A stretch of DNA of 64,000 bases from Trichoplax adhaerens (lineage: Eukaryota; Animalia; Placozoa). Of the stretch, positions 53,464 to 64,000 are shown piece after piece. The position numbers were made by a program, and so were the translations under genes. Numbering within the stretch: position 1 is the stretch's first letter; each line of letters starts with the position of its first letter. Below the pieces are notes generated by a model. That model was not told where the DNA came from and made no database searches. It saw only the letters and a list, made by a program, of their open reading frames with translations. The stretch covers positions 2,689,172 to 2,753,171 of the forward strand of contig NW_002060945.1 in assembly GCF_000150275.1 (NCBI RefSeq), in the 5' to 3' direction.

Positions 53464-55980
53464 ATGTGTGATATTTCTGTAGCTTTCACTTGCTATTTAG
53501 TAATCGGTTTTCACATTGGATTATCTCCTTACACCGCCAACGGAGAAAATACCATTGGGAATGAAGTTAGCGGTATCAGGGCCTTCCAACAAGGTGATTT
53601 TATTCTTGGAGGATTCTTTGACGTTTTAAATGACTATGATGCAAAAACTGGACATTGCTCTAAGATAAATGCCCAAAATGTTCAACAAGTGCAAGCTATG
53701 ATATATGCTATCAAAATGATTAATGAAGATTCAACGCTATTGCCAAAGGTAACTTTTGGATATGATATTAGGGATACGTGTAGATCATCGCAATTAGCTC
53801 TGAGATATGCCATGAACTACGTAAAGCATAATCGTGATCTAGAGCTGAATTCATCTAATACTGCCAATTTTGTGCATGGACGAATTGCTGCTGTTATCGG
53901 TGCTGCAAGTAGTAAGGAATCAATAGCTGTAGCAACGATGCTTAGCAATTTTGAATTATTGCAAATAAGTTATAGCGCTAGCAGTCGTCGATTAAGTAAT
54001 GTGGCAGAATACAAGTCATTTTTCCGAACCGTCCCATCAGATGATTACGAGGCTGATGCAATTGTACAAATTATTAGACAATTTCGGTGGAATTATGTTG
54101 GAATCGTGATTGTAGATGATGCTTTTGGTGAAGCAATGGGTAATACACTACTACGATCAACAACTAGTCTAGGAGTATGCATACCGATTTTTGCAAAGTT
54201 TCAAATCTATCGTAAACAGCAAGATATGATTACAATTATTCAGCGATTAATTGCTAAACAAAATGTTCAAGCTATAGTTTTAATATGTGATCCAGTGGAT
54301 GCATTGTCTTTTTTTCGCCAGGCTGAACGACTAGGATTAACTGATAGAAATTTTATAGCCGTCTCTGGCTGGTCAAATAGCCCATTAGTCAGGCGCTTTC
54401 CAACTAGTGTAGTTAGTGGAAGCCTCGGAGTGATGCTTCCTGATCATAATATAGAAAAATTTATGCAGTATTTAAAGACGTTAAATTTTTGTAATAATCA
54501 GGCTAATCCTTGGTTTCAAAAGATATTTAAAGAATCATACAATGGTAATGATTGTAACCTGCCTAATGAGGCTACAAATCCAGCAACAAATGATTTTTAT
54601 GCTAATGGTGTCTATGTTGGTTATATTATTGACGCGATTTATACTGTTGCGCATGCATTACATACTATGTTAAACTGTAAACCTGGCGCTAGCTGTTCTG
54701 TGATGGATAATGTTAATGCTGCGAAGCACATTAATCTAAAGGAATTACATAAATTTGTTTATAATGTTAGCTTTAATGGGATTACAGCACATCCAGTACG
54801 TTTTGACAAGACTGGAGATGGCCCAGGTATTTATAAATACTGCAATTTACAGATTGACCCTAGTAGTAAAATCCTGCAGACGGTAGTTGTTGGAAGCTAC
54901 TCAGCGACGGAGATTGCTACAAATTCTTCTAAGTTCTATCTACAAACCAATGAGATTATTTGGCATTCAGGGGCGATTTTACCACCAGAATCACAATGTA
55001 GTGCAGATTGTCCGCCTGGTACTTATCGAATTTTTAGTATTGCAGAAAGATGCTGCTGGACCTGTCCGCCATGCCCAACGCATCATTATTCCAATTATAC
55101 AAATACCGTTCACTGCCATGATTGCTTACGTGGTTGGACAGCAAATTCTAATGCTACAGGTTGCTTAGCGGTCTTTAGAAGGCATTTAAGAATAACCGAT
55201 GGGCCAGCTCTATTAGTTGTCATTATTGCAAGCATTTTTGTTAGCTTGACATTAACGACTTGCTTTCTGGTTCATAGGAGAAGAAAAAATATCTTGATTA
55301 CCGAATCTAGCTACTTACTTAATATGTTGTTGCTAATTGGCTTATTAAGTAATTATGTATTACCCATCCTGCTATTAATACCGATTACTCCTTTGATCTG
55401 TACACTCTCTTTTATTGCATTTAGTTTCTGTACAACCCTTGTTCTCCTTGTTCTTTTAATGAAAATTGCAAATCTTAACAGAATTCAAGACGAACGATCA
55501 CCCGGAGAAAATACTAGCTCCATAATAAGCAACATTGTTATTCAGTTGGCTGTATTAATACTTACTCTCATGTTTCTAGGTATGGCTTATATGCTGATTT
55601 TAAAATTTGATCCAATTACTGTAGGTATTGATGACGTTACCTCCAAAAAGGTGGTTTATTTATATTGTAAGACCAACAATAACGCCATTGCTGTGTATGC
55701 GTATGCTCAATTTGGATTATTGAATATTCTATGTATTTATCGTGCATTCAAAGCTCGAAGTGTACCTATTGCTTGCTACGAAAGTCGCTATATACTTCTT
55801 GCTAGTATTTTATCATTGGGTCTTTTTTCATTTGCGGCACCGGCATATTTCTATGCAACCGGTATATCCAAATTTGGACTCAGTGCAATTGGTGCCGTGG
55901 CTTTTCCGGCTTTAATATTCTTATGCTTATTTGTAAGAAAGATAATAGCTATCTTATTTCCAGAGTGTTCTTCAAAGTAA
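53464..55980 (+). CDS. Class C GPCR (CaSR/mGluR-like: Venus flytrap + cysteine-rich domain + 7TM), single coding exon
   Basis: GDFILGGFF, AMIYAI..IN....LLP.VTFGYDIRDTC, QISYSASS, FFRTVPSD, NPWF, AHALH, PESQCSADCPPG..CCWTC..C, followed by seven hydrophobic helices. Confidence 0.93.
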   Translation: MCDISVAFTCYLVIGFHIGLSPYTANGENTIGNEVSGIRAFQQGDFILGGFFDVLNDYDAKTGHCSKINAQNVQQVQAMIYAIKMINEDSTLLPKVTFGYDIRDTCRSSQLALRYAMNYVKHNRDLELNSSNTANFVHGRIAAVIGAASSKESIAVATMLSNFELLQISYSASSRRLSNVAEYKSFFRTVPSDDYEADAIVQIIRQFRWNYVGIVIVDDAFGEAMGNTLLRSTTSLGVCIPIFAKFQIYRKQQDMITIIQRLIAKQNVQAIVLICDPVDALSFFRQAERLGLTDRNFIAVSGWSNSPLVRRFPTSVVSGSLGVMLPDHNIEKFMQYLKTLNFCNNQANPWFQKIFKESYNGNDCNLPNEATNPATNDFYANGVYVGYIIDAIYTVAHALHTMLNCKPGASCSVMDNVNAAKHINLKELHKFVYNVSFNGITAHPVRFDKTGDGPGIYKYCNLQIDPSSKILQTVVVGSYSATEIATNSSKFYLQTNEIIWHSGAILPPESQCSADCPPGTYRIFSIAERCCWTCPPCPTHHYSNYTNTVHCHDCLRGWTANSNATGCLAVFRRHLRITDGPALLVVIIASIFVSLTLTTCFLVHRRRKNILITESSYLLNMLLLIGLLSNYVLPILLLIPITPLICTLSFIAFSFCTTLVLLVLLMKIANLNRIQDERSPGENTSSIISNIVIQLAVLILTLMFLGMAYMLILKFDPITVGIDDVTSKKVVYLYCKTNNNAIAVYAYAQFGLLNILCIYRAFKARSVPIACYESRYILLASILSLGLFSFAAPAYFYATGISKFGLSAIGAVAFPALIFLCLFVRKIIAILFPECSSK

Positions 55981-57373
55981 GAGGAACTGTACAACCGTTA
56001 AATTGATTAATTAATGAATGAATTATCGATTAGAATAATCGTTACTCTTGCACCATTGCTATTTATTGGTTGGTTTTTCTGAACGCTTAATTATCTTGCA
56101 GTATGTTACTTGTTTAGCCAAGCAAGTCTTAGGCTATTGCATGGGTACGATGCAATGTCCTTACAATTGAATGGTGAAAACTTAAATTTTTCTTAATGTA
56201 ACATAACATGTAACTATATTATGTATATATATATACTGTATAACATTGTTGTTAACATATATAGAGTAGCACATATTCACTATATAACGGCATTTTATTG
56301 AAATGGAGTTAGTAATTTTGATTTTATACAAGAGTACACGGTAAAAAGTTACTGAATCTCTGATAGGTCTATCAAATGTTACTACTATCTGTTAAATGAG
56401 CACATTATCGTAAACCGTCAGCAAAGCGACGGGAGTTTGCACTAGTGTAGATTAATTTGTAAATCGCTACAGTATTTGCATATTAACAGCATGCTTATGT
56501 TCCTTAACTATAGAAGGAATTTTACTTAACAGTAAATAAAGGTAATATAAATATTATAACGCACAGCTGCTAAATATAGCTTACTTATCGTATATATATA
56601 CATTTATTATTCATATTCTGAGAAGCTTTCTGCAGCTTCATATTCAGGCCATACAGTAATTAATTTTCGTCCACACTTTTATAATAAGGGAATCTTGCTC
56701 TCATAACCTATAGGTTTCCAACGTGTCATATCTACTATGTCAATAATTTTCATGTCGTGATGACGTTCCCAACTTACAGAAGTTATCAATACAAATTGAT
56801 ACGCTTGAATCAAATTAATATTTACGAGTTTATGGTGGCACAATAATAATTTGTTATGTTTTAACTTTAGAAAGAACTTTATATAAAAATAATATATGTA
56901 TACTCGTAATTAATCAACTAACCAAACGAAAATTGTAGATGGTATCTCTGTTTTAAATGTATAATTTTAGCGAATTACTATTCGTGGCTTTTTGTGATTA
57001 GTCAATAAATAACCTTAACATTTTGTAACTGATGCCATTTAGTTTAATCGCTGTTTCGCAACGCATATTTAGCAGTATGATTCATCCCTATGCAGTCGCA
57101 TAAATAAAATTATAAATACTTGTACAATTATAGTGTACAGTAATATGGAAATGTAGTAGAATTTTCGCAACAGTGTCAGGATATTGAGTAGGATTACTAG
57201 ACCGTTTCTTCCATGCATGTATAGTGGAGTGTGATGGCGTTAAGTACTCGTAGTCAGTGAGTGAATCCTATAATGATAAAAAAGTATTTATCACATTTCT
57301 ATTGTCACTGTTTTATGATCAATTTTACACAAAAGCGAATCGTTAATATTGGACAGAATTTTAACAGTCGCAG

Positions 57374-58025
57374 ATAAAGTGTTGACTACTGCACTCGTTT
57401 ACTGCCAACGTATTTGCTGTTAGGTCAGAAGTGCCTACGGTATTCTATTACTTTGGTTATAAAGTGTTGACTACTATGCTCGTTTACTGCCGGCTTACTT
57501 ATTTATAAGTCAGGAGTGATTACGATATTCTATTACTTGGATTTCATAGTCGTATTTATAACTTTTTATTATGTTGGGCATTTTCAAAACAAGTCTTGGT
57601 AATTTCCGTACTCTGGCGATACATTCCTACCTACTGACGTATTTACGCTAGGTGTGAAATTCAAATAATGCTATAAAATCGAGGATGGTGTAAACAGCCA
57701 AGCCTAACATTAGTGAAGTAGCTTTCTCTACTTTATTTATGATAGCAATGACTGTAATGCAATTTATTACTACAGTACTATACGGTATTATTATTCTTTT
57801 TCTGAAGTAGCCCAATTAGAAATGTGCTGATTTCAAATACTTATGTTATTACAGTGCAAATATTTTATTTTAGCTTGTACTATGGCACCTTTTTCCGCTT
57901 TATTCATAGCCAAAATGCAATTTATTGGTTTTATTTTTGGGTAGAACTACCGTCTTAGAAATGTGTTGATTTCAACTATGTTATTGCTCTACAACTATTT
58001 TATTTTGGCTTGCTAAGTGACACCT
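57374..58025 (+). repeat. Two pairs of degenerate local direct repeats
   Basis: About 85-bp unit twice (ataaagtgttgactact...ctcgtttactgcc...tattctattactt, 57374-57541); second pair 57756-57890 and 57914-58025 (aatgcaatttatt...ttagaaatgtg.tgatttcaa...tattttatttt.gcttg...cacct). Confidence 0.75.
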
Positions 58026-58288
58026 GCGGGAATTGACCCATTCAGAGCACGTATGTAGCGCGTGCAACTTATGGTGGTAAAATAGGAGATTGCGTCCATC
58101 TTCAAAACATCATCCCCAAATTGACTAGTATCATCATATCGCCATAAATGGCAATTACAAATCTACTGTATTTTGTTCTTCAAGGATTGTTATTGTGGTG
58201 ATTCATCATTTCGATAGGAACAAGCAATCCGTTGCTACTGTCATCCTCAACCAGAATATTCTAACGCTGCTAGCTTACACTATGCTAG

Positions 58289-58774
58289 AGGACAGAGGTC
58301 ATGCTGAGAGCATAGTGAAAGATGATGAAATCTTGACCTTTAGCGAGTGATTTTACAATGCAAACTCAACTCTATAGTCTACAGTAGAGTATGCACTGTA
58401 GAGGATTGTACTGTAGTGGACAGCGCGTTTAACTTGGATGGGAACTTGGCGTGGAAAATTGAAAGTTGCAATTTGTGAACACTCCTGTTCAAAATCGATA
58501 TGTAAAGGCAGGAGGATGAGGTTGACGTCCCTGAGTGATTGGGCTACATCTACATAGACGATTTTATCTACTTTGAGCTTGATTTCGCCGACACAGTTTG
58601 AAGTTCCAGATCGTCTAGTGTAATACTGTATTTTCCAATCCTGTAAGTTGGGCAGTACAGTACAAACGGTACAGTATATTGCTGTACCGTTCCACAGTAT
58701 ATTGTACTGTAAAACCATTCACACGTTTCCAGGAATGGACTATACAGTTCAGGGTACAAAGTCCAACCAGGGCA
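58289..58774 (+). promoter_or_regulatory. Cluster of nuclear-receptor response-element-like sites upstream of perilipin
   Basis: AGGACA-G-AGGTCA (58289-58301); TGACCTTTA, i.e. TAAAGGTCA on minus (58334-58342); AGTTCA-G-GGTACA-A-AGTCCA (58746-58765); AGGGCA (58769-58774). Confidence 0.55.
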
Positions 58775-58820
58775 AAGAGACCGCAACACTGAAGCCCTTT
58801 GTCAGCCCGTTGGCCTACAG

Positions 58821-58828
58821 TATAAAAG
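58821..58828 (+). promoter_or_regulatory. TATA box of the perilipin gene
   Basis: TATAAAAG in locally GC-richer context, about 115 bp upstream of the ATG. Confidence 0.6.
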
Positions 58829-58938
58829 GGCCACCGGTAACGAAAGTTGACTCATTCAAAAATTGAATAACTGCTGGAGAAATCGTTGCGAAATTATTCC
58901 GGTATCAAAACGGTAAAAGAGAAAAAACTGAAAAAGAA

Positions 58939-61446
58939 ATGACTATGGACGGAGAAATGTCGACGTTGGCGACTGTCCAGCGCCTTAGTAGTTATCCTGT
59001 TATTAACTTTGCTGTCAATCAAGTCTCAAGTGTTTATCAGACAACCAAAGTAAAAAGCGATATGTTGAAAGGGGGCTTGGACAAGATTGAAACTTCTGTG
59101 ACCAACATTCTGACTTCAGCTTTGCAGCCATTTCAGCAACAGAGTAAGTGTACTGTACTCCCTCTGAATAATATTCGTTTTACTGGTCAATGTTCATATG
59201 ACTACATCTCGATCAAGATCGGGCAATCCAGTCAGTCAAATTAGGCATTAGTTGTGAAATAGTTCTTTTCTAATTCTGATTTCATCGACACCCGCTAGGG
59301 TACTCGACTGTATGTAGTAGAAGACTACTGTAGTCTGTCCAGTAATAAGTATAACTGTAGTGTACTGTAGGTTGTAGGATGTCATCATTTCAAAAATGAC
59401 TCTACTGTATACTGTAGTATAGTAAGTTTGTAAGAGTTGGTATACAGTATGTCGTCTATGCCTAATTCCTGAGTACGTACAAATTTGTGTAGGGATGTCT
59501 TTTTGAAAGGCATGTAAACGGTAAAGTGATGAATCGAACATAATTGGGTAAACTAATTACGGTAGAGTGAATCAGGATCATGTATAATTAATTCAAAGAC
59601 AAGTATACGGATAGAATTAGTTACGTAGATATCAATCACTATGGAGTAGGGCTCTGCGTCTGTAATAGGACACGCTGTACTTTCGGTATGAGACGGAGTG
59701 TATTAGTTTGATGGTCATTACTTTCAATCTCTAGTGAATGATAGATTCAATGCTTATGAATATAGACGTCATCTTATAGCAAGGCTAACATCGTTCTACG
59801 TACATAATTTTTCATTGTAGTTGTTGCGGCAGACGGTTTTGCTAGTCGTCAATTGGAGAAATTAGAGGAGAAGATCCCAATTGTTAAGGAATCATCAGAT
59901 AAGGTTGGTCACTTGTCATCTTTGCTAATTTATTATCGAGTAGAACAACAATTATTTCTAGAAAAGTAGTAACCGGAAAATTATTCCATTCTAGATTCGC
60001 ACAAGATTCGAAGACAATTTGAAAGCAAATATTGACTGCGTTCGCAAATCTTATCTAGTAGAACGTGTCAGTAATGGGATTGATAAGGTTTTGGATGTTA
60101 CTGATAATACCGTCGAATATATATTGCCTGGAGTAGATGAACTAGAAGTGAAAACTGCCAGTGATCCTAATCAAGACAATAAGATAACTGAAATGCTGGA
60201 AGAAAACGAGGAAAGCGCAACTGGCAAAGTCGATCGCATTTACACGCTGACTTCCAAGGTTAAACGCCGCTTGTTTACCCAAATGGTTACTCGACTAGAA
60301 AACGTAAAACAACGCGGTCCCGAGATCATCAGCAAATTTAAATACTCTGTAGATTTGGTAAACTTCAATTTCTTTTAATAGCTTAAATTACTTGACAAAA
60401 TACCAATCTAACAATCTTTTTTCCATTATATTACGACACTAATGAAAGTTGTCTGTTATTAGATTGCTTATGATAAATCTCTTGACAAAAAGAGCCCTTT
60501 TACCGACGAAAGCGTAGCTGGCGAAGAATCGACTGCATCGGCAAAGACTGTAAGTTACCTATGTTCACTTTGGTCATAAAATATAAAACATAAACGAAAT
60601 CTTCAATTATTCAACGCATGTTAATATATGAGCACATGACTCTTATTCGGCTTTAGGAAAGCAATATCAGACCTGAAGGAAAATTTTCATACTTGAAGAA
60701 AGAATTATCCAACATTCGATCAACAGTTTCTGTTAAATTGGTACTATATTATAAGCATTACTAATGATAACAAATAATGTTCATGTCTTGTCTTAAGTTA
60801 ATAAGCTAATTTACTTACACAGCAGAAATCCTATGCTAACGTTGTCGAAAATAAATACCCTTACATTATGGAAAACATTTGTTCTGCTCGATCTTACATC
60901 ATCAATTTAGTGAGTATAAATGAAGCTTCTTAGTTCAACATGCAATGATAAAATATTAATAACTGGTTCTGCTATCATTTACTTTCATGTAATGAACAGT
61001 TGGCTTATGGAATGACATATGGGGAAACTTATGTAAAGAATCGTCCTTTTATCAATGACAACTTACTTCGAATTCAAACCGTAATTGTACAAGTTTTGCC
61101 TGAGAGAGTAAAAGGGTATATGCCTCTTAGAAAGGAAGAAACACCAGTCGATACTCCCATCAAGACACCTGATGAACTCCTCGATACAGATATGCAAAAC
61201 TCCGATATTGACGTACTGAAACAGACAACGGTACGTTCATCATGCTTTTTACTTATTAAAAAGGTACAATAATTACAAGATTTGCGTTTTCATTCGTTAC
61301 AGTTGGAAGATGTAACCTCTACAGTGAAGCAGGGTAGTATTTTGTACACATCGGTTGAAGAAAGCGAAAGTAATATTGAGACCAGTGAAATTCGTGAAAT
61401 AACGTCAGATAGCACTGGCCTTGAAGCTAGCGATGACGAAGTTTAA
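58939..61446 (+). CDS. PLIN: Perilipin (PAT family) lipid-droplet protein, multi-exon
   Basis: TVQRLSSYPVI...VSSVYQTTK, ADGFASRQLEKLEEKIPIV, VEYILP, TLTSKVKRRL (PAT domain and helical bundle); acidic tail ending ASDDEV-stop. Confidence 0.85.
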
Positions 61447-62897
61447 TGATGGCTTGAGTTTGATGACTTGATACAGTCTTTTTATCGCTAGTTAAGCTTT
61501 ACTCTTGTAATATGTAGTTTAATAAGACAATGGTTACAATGCACTTTAGCAGTAGATGTAATAAGACTAGGATCTTAATTAAAAGTTTAGCATGATTCAT
61601 GCTTAATCAGTGTTGAAAGGATAACTAATAGTGTGATTGTAGCTCTCATGTCTGGAAGTGCTTTGATTTAACGGATGAAATTTTTGCGTTGTCTATTGAA
61701 CAATAATTATATAATGAAGGAGTAACATGCATTCTAGTTCATAATTGACTGGTAATACCCAAGTATGGAATAAACAAAAATAACAAATCAAGTATTATGA
61801 AAGCGTGTTTTTTTGTAATATGATCATGGCATGGTTTTAGGTTCGTGCTAATTTAGATTGGGGATATACTGCTACGATAGTCTTAATGTGAAGTGAATTG
61901 TTATTCAGTTGTTAGTATTTGGTTATTCGAGTTTAAGCAACTGGTGGGAATGTAATTTTAAATTTGAGCAAAAAAGAATTCTTAGTAAAGATTAGAAACA
62001 GGATTATCTGTTAATCAATTAATTATTAATAGTCCAGAATTAAGCCAATTGTTGTTCAGTATGTATTTAGTTATTCGAGTCGAAGAAACTTATTTGGAAT
62101 ATAATTTTAAATTCGAGTAAAATCAGTTCTTAGTGAGCTATGGAAATTAGAAGGAGTAATATGATTGTGGATTATCTGCTAAAAGCCACTAAATGCCGTT
62201 TTGGCATTTTTCGATTCTTCATGAAGTCCAAACAAAAGTGTAAAATGTAGGCCTAGATAAATTGCGTTTTTTACTTATTAGCCCTACTTCCGAAAGAGGG
62301 GAAAACCGACCAAATCCCAAATTTTGCTGACATGTGTTTTAGCAGAGCTTGGTACGATCAAAACCTTCGATCTGATAAGTATGTCAAAGCTGACGTACAG
62401 TAGTCATGTAGCGAGCGATAGGTAAAGTAAATGTAGTCAGAGATTAAAAACGACATTAGACGAAACTTGAATTTTAATAACATTACAAGGACGCTTTACA
62501 TATGTCCGCCATTAATGATACTGTAAAAGGATCAATCGTATATGTAATTAACAAGTCATAGTATTAACTATAAAATCAGATCATAAAGCTCTGCGAACTA
62601 TCACAAGTGAATCTAGGAAATAACTATATGAAACACGTAGGGCAGGATAACTGATTGCCACCTGAAAATGCAATAAAATACTATTTAACATGTTCGTTTA
62701 CCTACACAAAGTAAAAGACGAAGCATAGGTAAAGTGACCATGCACTTAAAGAAGACATGGTCTCGATAATTAGGAATTTACGTTCAAAGACCATTGGATG
62801 AAATAACATTTTGCTGTCGTAGAATTACAGCGCAAAAGACGAGTTGGTGATGCTCATAATAATAACATAAGGAACTTAATCAATGAAATACAAAAGA

Positions 62898-63553
62898 TTA
62901 ACGTCTTCGGCCATCTCTGTCATTCCTAATACAGAAAGAAATTACATGGTATTACTTCAGAGATGTAACACATCCAGCAAAGGAAGTTAACGATATACAC
63001 CAGCATAAGATTAATGGGGTACAAATTAATATTAGCGATTTACCTCTTAAGACCCGATGTCTGAGGTCCTTTTACAAAACACCAGTCAACCTTAATAGTT
63101 TGCTCCAATAAATTTGTACCATTCAGGTTATCTATAGCAGCCTGAGCTTCTTTTTTAGTCTCAAATTCAACTAATGCATAACCCTAGCAAATTAGTGTTA
63201 GACTAGTATTAGAAGATGAGATTGATTAAAAGAGCGGCTGGTATCGAATCTATAATATTGTCTGACCTTGATAAAACCTGTACGACGATCTAGATTTAAA
63301 TGGAGATTTTTCACATCTCCGTATTCGGCAAATTTTTCGTATACATCATCCTCTTGGGCTTCCTCATGGATATTTGCAACGAAAACGATCCATCCTTCTA
63401 CAGCTAAATTCATTATCAAGGTGATCAGATATACCACGAAAGACCAAAATGTTACCAGCAATAACTTACATCTTTGGGGTCCAGTAGCATAGTCACCGTC
63501 TACATCCATGGATTCATATTGTAAATTGGAACCTTTCGCTTCCTCACCGTCAT
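62898..63553 (-). CDS. RBM8A: RNA-binding protein 8A (Y14, exon junction complex), 3' exons; 5' exon(s) not identified and probably beyond the window
   Basis: GPQR(S)[65 protein letters not shown]....VDWCFVKGP; Arg-rich end RDGRRR-stop. Confidence 0.93.
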
Positions 63554-64000
63554 CTAAAATTGGAGACAATTAGGAAATTGATCCATTGTAAGTTAGGAAA
63601 ATGCTGTAATGACGAAAAAGGAACTAGCGATAATTCACAACTGTAGAAAGTTGAAGTGACGAATCAACACAATTTTTAAAACTGATTAAGAAAACTAAGG
63701 GTGCATCGTCCATTTACGCTATTGTACATGCCAAGAGTGTTAGCTACAGTAAACTGATAGTCAGCATCAAATTGTTGCCTGTATAATTTCTTTTAATTCA
63801 TTGTGCATTTATGAATTTGCTACAATGAATCGATCATTACGACGATGACAAAGCTAAGGTTGGTGCGTAGTCTAACTAGAGGATCGATTGATGAGGCAAA
63901 CAAGACTAAACTTTTGCTGAATCATGAATAGTATTATGATGATACACTAATCAGTTCTTCTATCAGTGTGAATATCCATAGAGAATATTAGAGTCTTTCA

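Noticed and set aside
57374-57541. Repeat-spacer-like pattern suggesting CRISPR
   Set aside because: Only two degenerate units, similar along their whole length; eukaryotic context and no cas genes.

Overview
AT-rich eukaryotic (animal) genomic DNA with short GT-AG introns. The compact layout, gene content and composition suggest a placozoan (Trichoplax-like) genome; this is inference, not a database match. Thirteen protein-coding genes are supportable: two tandem intronless TauD/SyrP-like Fe(II)/2OG dioxygenases, DNAI1, PRCC, SCAMP, an intronless F-box + ankyrin gene, TMEM234, three tandem signal-peptide JmjC/EF-hand/RDEL genes, AK6, an intronless class C GPCR, a perilipin, plus the 3' part of RBM8A. 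The most striking unexplained structure is non-coding: (1) strand-switching (CAGTA)n/(TACTG)n tracts that mark the 5' regions of the single-copy genes but not the duplicated or receptor genes, and which are embedded in foldback or long inverted-repeat elements; (2) a cluster of nuclear-receptor DR1/ERRE-like sites upstream of perilipin; (3) RFX X-boxes upstream of DNAI1 and all three ER JmjC genes. JmjC copy 2 is a mosaic whose 5' 1.7 kb is near-identical to copy 1. Exon boundaries and motif positions were read by eye; no searches were run.
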